Shown here: positions 56,730 to 64,000 of the stretch, piece by piece | How positions within the stretch are numbered: position 1 is the first letter of the stretch | Layout: every line of letters starts with the position of its first letter | Assembly: GCA_013265495.1 (NCBI GenBank) | Contig: MU058540.1 | Span: forward strand, 581,696-645,695 | Source of the DNA: Vicugna vicugna | Taxonomy: Eukaryota | Reading direction: 5' to 3' | Length of the DNA: 64,000 nt | Translations under genes and position numbers: made by a program | The notes under the pieces: model-generated | What the model saw: the letters and a program-made list of their open reading frames with translations, nothing else | The model's database searches: none | What the model was told of the DNA's origin: nothing

Positions 56730-59700
56730 ATGGCAAAAAACACACATCTATCAATAATTACCCTAAATGTCAATGGACCAATCAAAGACACAGAGTGGCA
56801 GACTGGGTATTAAAACAAGAGTCCACAATATGCTGCTTATAAGAGACATGCTTTAGGGCAAAGAACACACATAGATTGAAAGTGAGGGGATGGAAACATT
56901 TCATGCAAATGGAAATGACAAGAAAGCATGGGTAGCAATACTCATATCGGACAAAACAGACTTTAAAATAAGGGCCATAAAAAAAGATAAAGAAGGACAC
57001 TATATAATGATAAAAGGATCAATAAAAGAAAAAGATATTAGACTCATTAACATATATGCACCCAATACAGGAGCACCTAAATACATAAATACTAACTGAC
57101 ATAAAGGGAGAAATCAACAGGATTACAATAATAGTAGGAGACTGTAACACTCCACTGACATTAATGGGCAGATCTTTCAGACAGAAAATCAATACAGCAA
57201 CAGAGATCCTAAATGACACAATAAAATAGTTAGATTCAATCGATATTTTCAGGACACTACAGTCAAAAACTCCAGAATATGCATTCTTCTCAAGCACGTG
57301 TGGAACATTCTCCAGGAGAGACCACACACTGGGACACAAAACAAGGTTCAACAAATTTAAGAGGATAGAAATTATTTCAAACATCTTTTCTGACCACATT
57401 GGCATGAGACTAGAAATTGACTACAGAAAAAGTAATGAGAAAAAAATGATAAATGGAAGCTAAACAACATGCTACTAAAAGACCAACTGGTCAACAAGAT
57501 CAAAAATAAAATAAAATAAAATAAAATACCTTGAGACAAAGGACAATGAAAACACAACCATACAAAATCTATGGGATGCAGCAAAAGCATTCCCAAGAGG
57601 GAAGTTCGTAATGATACAAGCCTTCCTCAAAAAGCAAGAAGAATCTCAAATAAACAACGTATTCTACCACCTAAAAGAATTAGAAAAAAGAACAAACAAA
57701 ACCTAAAGTTAGCAGAAAGAAAGAAATAATAAAGATCAGAGAGGAAATAAGTAAAATAGAGATGAAAAAAACAATAGAAAAGTCAATAAAACCAAGAGCT
57801 GGGTTTTTTTGAAAGCATAAACAAAATCAACAAACCTCTGGCCAGGCTCACCAACAGAGGACCAAAACAAACAAAATAAAAAATGAAAGAGGAGAAATAA
57901 CAACCAAAATGAAGAAATACAAAAAGCCATAAGAGACCACTACAAACAATTTTATGCCAACAAATTGGACAACCTAGAGGAAATGGACAAGTTTCCAGAA
58001 GCATACAGCCCACCAAAACTGAATCAAGAAGAAATAGATAATTTGAACAGACTGATCACTAGACATGAAATAGAATCTATAATTAAAAAAGAAAAGTCTC
58101 TGCAAACAGAAGTCCAGGACTAGATGGCTTCACTAGGGAATTCCACCAAACATATAAAGAACTTATACTGATTCTTCTCAAACTCTTCCAAAAGACTGAA
58201 GAGGGAAAACTCTCAAAATCATTCTATGAAGCCACTAGCACTCTGATACTAAAACCAGACAAAGACACTACCAAAAAAAGAAAATTACAGCCAATATCTT
58301 TGATGAATATAGATGAAAAAAATCCTCAACAAAACAAAATATTAACAAACCAAATCCAACAACATATAAAAAGGATCATACACCATGATCAGGTTGGATT
58401 CACCCCAGGGTCACCAGGTAGGTTCAACATACACAAAACAATCACTATAATATGCCACATCAACAAAAGATAAAAACTACACAGTCATCTCAAGAGATGC
58501 AGAAAAAGCATTTGATAAAATTCAACATCTGTTCATGGTAACAACTCTTACTAAAGTGGATATATCAGGGAACACATAACAACATAATAAAAGCTATTTA
58601 TGACAAACCCACAGCCAACATAATACTCAACAGTGAAAGGCTGAATGCCTTCCCACTAAAACATGGAACAAGACAAGGATGCCCACTCTCACTACTTCTA
58701 TTCAAGATAGTATTGGAAGTCTAGCCACAGCAATCAGATAAGAAAAATAAATAAAAGATATCCAAATTGGAAGGGAAGAGGTAAAACTGTCATTATATGC
58801 AGACGAGATGACACATTATATAGAATATCCTAGAGACTCCACATAAAAACTATTAGAACTGATAAACAAAATACCTAGCAAGATAGCAGGATATAAGATT
58901 AACATACAGAAATCTGTTGCATTTCTTTACACTAGCAATGAAATATCAGAAAGAAGTAAAAAAAAAATCCTCTTTAAAATCACATCTGAAAAAAAAACTA
59001 GGAATAAACCTGATAAAGGAGGTGAAAGACTTTTATGCTGAGAACTACAAAACACTGTTAAAGGAAACTGAAGATGATTCATAGAAATGGAAAGACAGCC
59101 TATGCTACTGGACTGGAAGAATTAATACTGTTAAAATGGCCATACTACCCAAAGCAATCTACAGACTTAATGCAATCCCTATCAAATTACCCATGACATT
59201 TTTCATAGAACTAGAACACATAATCCTAAAATTTACATAGAACCACAAAAGACCTTGAATTGTTAAAGCAATCCTGAGGAAAAAGAACAAAGCTGGAGGC
59301 ATAATCCTCCCAGACTTCAGACAACACTATGTGTATGGTAATGGCACAAAAACAGACATATGGATCAATGGAACAGCACAGAGAGCCCAGAAATAAAAAC
59401 ACACACCTAGGGTCAATTAATCTTTGACAAAGGAAGCAAGAATACACAATGGAGAAAAGACAGTCTTCAGCAAGTGGTGTTGGGAAAGCTGTACAGCCAC
59501 ATGTAAATCAATGAAGTTAGAATACTCCCTCACACCTTACACAAAAATAAACTCAAAATGGCTTAAAGACTTAAATATAAGACATGATACCATAAAACTG
59601 CTAGAAGAGAACATAGGCAAAACACTCTCCGACATAAATCACAGCAATGTTTTCTGAGGTCAGTCTCCCAAGGCAAAAGATATAAAAGCAAAAATAAACA

Positions 59701-60430
59701 AACAGGACCTAATCAAACTTATAAGCTTTTTGCACAGCAAAAGAAACCATAAATAAAATGAAAAGACAACCTACGGACTGGAAGAAAATATTCACAAATT
59801 ATGCGACCAACAAGGGCTTAGTATCCAAAATATACAAACTGCTCATGCAACTCAATACCAAAAACAAACAATCCAATCAAAACATGGGCAGAAGGCCTAA
59901 ACAGACATTTCTCCACAGACGACATACAGATGGCCAAGAGGCACATGAAAAGATACTCAACATCACTAGTTATTGGAGAAATGCAAATCAAAACTACATT
60001 GAGGTATCACATACTGGTCAGAATGGTCATCATCTAAAAGTCTATAAATAATAAATGCTGGAGAGGGTGTGGAGAAAAGGGAACCCTCCTACACTGTTGG
60101 TGGGAATGTAAATTGGTGCAGCCACTATGAAGAATAGTATGGTGGTTCTTTAAAAAACTAAAAATAGAGCTACCATATGATCCAGCAATCCCACTCCTGG
60201 GCATATATCTGGAAAAGATGAAAAGTCTAATTTGAAAAGATACACACACCCCAGTGTTCATAGCAGCACTATTTACAATAGCCAAGACAGGAAAGCAACC
60301 TAAGTGTCCATCAACAGATGAATGAATAAAGAAGATATTACTCAGCCATAAAAAAGAATGAAACAATGCCATTTGCAGTAACATGGATGGAACTAGAGAT
60401 TATCATACTGAATGAAATCAGACAGAGACA
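56730..60430 (+). pseudogene. L1 ORF2 (endonuclease/reverse transcriptase) remnant
   Basis: Begins ATGGCA...TCAATAATTACCCTAAATGTCAATGGA (SIITLNVNG); many stops and frameshifts; end approximate. Confidence 0.85.
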
Positions 60431-62264
60431 AATATCATATATCACTTACCTGTGGAATCTAAAAAAATGATACAAATGAACTTACAAAACAGAAACAGAC
60501 TCACAGACATAGAAAATAATCTTACAGTTACCAAAGGGGAAGGTGGGGGAGAGATAAATTAGGAGTTTGAGATTAACAGATACATATGACTATATGTAAG
60601 ATAGATAAACAAAGACCCACACTGTATAGCCAGGGAACTATACTCAGTATCTTTTAATAACCTATTACAGAAAATAATCTGAAAAAGAATATATATATGT
60701 AAAACTGAATCACTCTGCTGTACACCTGAAACTAACACAACACTGTAAATCAAGTATACCTCAATTAAAAAGAAGAAAAAGAACCCCTTATATTACGGCC
60801 AATTTGAGAGGCACTGAGACTGTGGCACATGCTAGGTGTGGTGAGAGGAGGAACACAGGCTGGACTGGAAAATAGTGAAGGCCTCACAAAGCTTGGCTTG
60901 TCTAGGAGGCAACAGGCAGACCCAAAGATCTCCAAGTGGTGACCCACTGGAAGTGGCTGATTATATATCCCTGAGGAGGAGCGCTGACATCTTTAAAAGT
61001 GCACGGAAAACTGCCATCCCTTGGTCTAGACATTACGTTACCTCCCTCTAGCTCTATCCAGAACTGGGAGAGAAAAAGAGATAGAGACGTCTGTGTTCCC
61101 TCTCAATAGATGATTCTCCTCACAGCCACGGTTTGGCAGTGGGCTCAATATTATAACTAAAAATAGCATAATCTGTCCTCAGGACATTCCTCAAAAACTT
61201 AACTTCAGCAGGCCTACATCTGGGGATGGGAAACAGAGACGGTGTCACCACTGCCAGCACGTGCCGGGCAGCTGTGGAGCTAGCTTCCTGCCACACTGAG
61301 GCAGGCGGCAGACCAGGCCTCGACTGGATGACTGAGAAAATGGAGTTACAGAAAACCTCTGAATTTTTCTCTGAGAAGTTGAAAGTATCACTTGCATTAC
61401 TGCAAACCCAAGGCAAAGTGTGACTGTTCTGAAACAAGGCCGACATTATTTCAACCTGGATATTTAATACAAGAACTCAGGTGGGTGACCCCCTTCCTGG
61501 GTGACTGCATCCCCAGGGTGTTCCTCAGAGCTGTGCCCTGTGCTAGACAAGTGGGTGCTGCTGTGCAGCCACAGATCTTTTAGGGAGCTGCTTGTGGACC
61601 TAATGAACACATTAGAAGGGCTTGCTCTGTCCCCCGTACTTAAGTCAACAATTACAGTTGTTTGCCACCTTTCCCCGTGTTGTGATTCTTTTATTAAGCT
61701 CTTGGTGCGGCAGGGAGCGCATGTTCTCTTAAGGAAACTGAACTGAAAGGGGGCAAGATCTATAAACATTAACTTTAAAAAAACCGCACAATAGGATAGA
61801 GGGTGTTAAGAGAGGTGTTAATCAGTGCGTTCCTGCTTCCCACCATCACCTCCCTCTCGGTGGGTTTAGCGTGGACTGTAAGACTCTCCAGAGGGCATTC
61901 TGTGGTGGAACTAATGGAGGCAGTTATTTTTGTACTCTGGTTTTAAGACTGAGCAATTAATTGGCTTTCTAGTGGATCTGGCTTTTCTGTGCTGATGTCC
62001 CCACCTGAGGAGTATCTTTCTTTTCATCTGCACTCCAGGGGTAGTGGCTGGGACAAAGAAAAGCCGGTGGGCAGACACAGTTTAACTTTTTGCCAGAGCC
62101 GTCCATGGTCCAAAAAGGTTTGCACAGAAAATCAGGGGAAGGGAGTGGCTTGAAGTTCATGCAACGAGAGGCCTAACAAGAAGAAATAACTTGGGAGGAA
62201 TGGCAGCTGAGGACCAATCAGGCGCAAAGGAGGCAATGGTAGATCAGGGCCAGGACAGCTGGGT

Positions 62265-62410
62265 CTGTTTCTCACTTGTCTTGCCACTTAACTCCCAAGG
62301 AACCGTAAAGAAGTTGTTTTACTTTTTTGATTTTGTTTCTTTGTCTGTAAAATGGCAATCATCATGGCTACCTCACTCAGCTGCTATAAGAGTTAAACTA
62401 CATGAGATCA
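62265..62410 (+). mobile_element. MIR SINE (diverged)
   Basis: tttctttgtctgtaaaatgg...tacctcac. Confidence 0.5.
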
Positions 62411-63359
62411 CGCATGCAACCGTGCCACGCCTGTGTTCAGTGTTATTGTTCAGATGCAGGAAGTCAGCAGGCCGAGAGGACTGCCTGCTTCTCTCTTCTA
62501 CAGGAACAAAAAAGCTGCAGAAGAGCTGCCTCCCCCTCCAGTCCTGCTTTTCTGGCAACTAGCATAACCAAGGGGGAAGCTCCACATTGATCAGCTGACT
62601 GGGTTGAATGCCTGCGGCTGGCTGCCAGTTTAGCGAAGAGTCTACCAGAACTACCTTTCTTTCTCAAGGTCTTTATAAATGATCCGAGGGTGTCAGTGGG
62701 AGTGACTCACAGTGCTGTCTCACTTTCAGCAAGGGACTGTTCCTTCTAAAAATTACCACAAAGATGTACTAAGCCCAGGTGTGTGCTCAGGTGACATCAG
62801 AATGAGATACCACGACAGAGGTCCTGACTAACGTGCCTGCTGCCACCATCATGCACTTGTTCACTTTACCAGGGCTGCATTCATCAGCAGCTCTGGAACC
62901 ACCAACCGAGCTACGACTTGCATCTGCAGCCATAACTCATATCTGTGTGGGCCTTCTACACTTCAGAACTATCCCCTAGGTGATGACAAAGGATGACAAC
63001 TCCAAAAGAGAAAGTTCTGCCCTCTTTTTCTGGCTTCTCTTACACTGACAGTCAAGTAGGTGAATGTCACACTCTCGCCTCTCCAAGGATCTAGCCTGTC
63101 GCCTTTTCTGCTGGCTGGCTTCACCATCCAAATTTCACTAGAGTAAGTCACGTGTCTGCCCAATGGTTAAGCTCCTCGGTGATAAGAACCCGGTTATCTT
63201 CTGTAGTTCCTGCAGACCACTCCCAACACAGTGAGCTCTCAAATTAATTTTCACCACTCAGGACACAAAAATATTCCCTTCTCGCTCTTCACTACTTCTC
63301 TCCATCTAGTTCTGCTACATCTGCAACTATATTCAAATGATTTGTTTCATGAGCGATAA

Positions 63360-63485
63360 CCAATCCTTTATTCATCCACTCATTCAGGCATTTACCAAGT
63401 GTCTTTTATGCGCCAGGAACTATGCTAGACACTGTGGGGAGAAAGATAAAAATGGCACTATCTCTGTTTTCAAGAAGCTCACACA
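63360..63485. mobile_element. LINE-2 3' fragment
   Basis: ttcatccactcattcaggcattt...tgcgccaggaactatgctag. Confidence 0.6.
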
Positions 63486-63859
63486 AAAAATATGTAGGGA
63501 GCATAGTGCTACAAAGTCTACGGGATTTGCAGAGCTGGAACTAGAAATGATTCTTGCCTTCAAGATCTTTGTACTTTGGGCCAGTGAAGACACACACTGT
63601 AAGAAGTGTGAGGGCCGTCAGTGCTGTGTGACTGTCCTCCACCCCCTCCTCCCCAGAGACAAAGCCCTGAGCCTGACACTCCATCCATGCTCACCATCCA
63701 GTCAGCATTTGGTGTCAGTGACATCGTGTTCTTGCTCCATTAGGTGGACTGGCTTGGCTCTGTGTTGGGCTAAGTTGCAAATACCCATGTTCCTGCTTTG
63801 ACAGGTTGTGGCCAAATTTTGCAAAAGTCATTTCTCCAGGCTGTGTGTGTAAGTGTCTC

Positions 63860-64000
63860 GTCTCATATGTCTGACCTCTTGCCTGAATCCCAGGCTCAAA
63901 TATCCCAGTGCCTACTTGACATTTCCACTTGGAAGTAAATCCACTTTGCATCTCAAGTTTAACAAGTCTAACACCAAATTCAATGTTCTTCCCACACCCC
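63860..64000. mobile_element. LINE-2 fragment
   Basis: tgcctacttgacatttccacttgga...catctcaagtttaaca. Confidence 0.6.

Larger units (their letters stand above)
53980..60772 (+). mobile_element. Full-length decayed LINE-1 (cetartiodactyl-type) in UQCC2 intron 1
   Basis: GC-richer 5' UTR, ORF1 remnants (EEIIAENFPNL), ORF2 endonuclease remnants (DKEGHYIMIKGSI, NIYAPN), further ORF2 remnants ([23 protein letters not shown]), L1-type 3' UTR and A-rich tail. Confidence 0.95.

Noticed and set aside
55386..60430. Active retrotransposon or novel reverse-transcriptase system
   Set aside because: Ordinary L1 ORF1/ORF2 with many stops and frameshifts.
60790..64000. UQCC2 exon 1 or promoter CpG island
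   Set aside because: No matching N-terminal coding sequence or CpG island seen; it presumably lies beyond the window.

Overview
Mammalian genomic DNA, probably camelid judging by its tRNA-derived SINEs. The + strand carries ITPR3 (inositol 1,4,5-trisphosphate receptor type 3) from coding exon 3 to the last exon (58). That is 56 exons and 7,856 coding nt at 4217-43538, with a polyA signal at 44288. Exon numbers assume two upstream exons outside the window. The - strand carries exons 2-4 of UQCC2, tail-to-tail with ITPR3. UQCC2 intron 1 holds a decayed full-length LINE-1 of about 6.8 kb. All introns traced are GT-AG except ITPR3 intron 8, which reads GT...TG. Other notable points: a strand-biased TGACC array with nuclear-receptor DR0/DR1/DR5 arrangements in intron 28; an in-frame, stop-free intron 32; two SINE copies that lost their A box or B box through 13-nt microhomology deletions; a MIR hairpin at the likely MIR3934-equivalent position; and a strong CTCF motif. 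No new protein-coding system is evident. Gene and repeat identities come from recognition by eye, not database searches.
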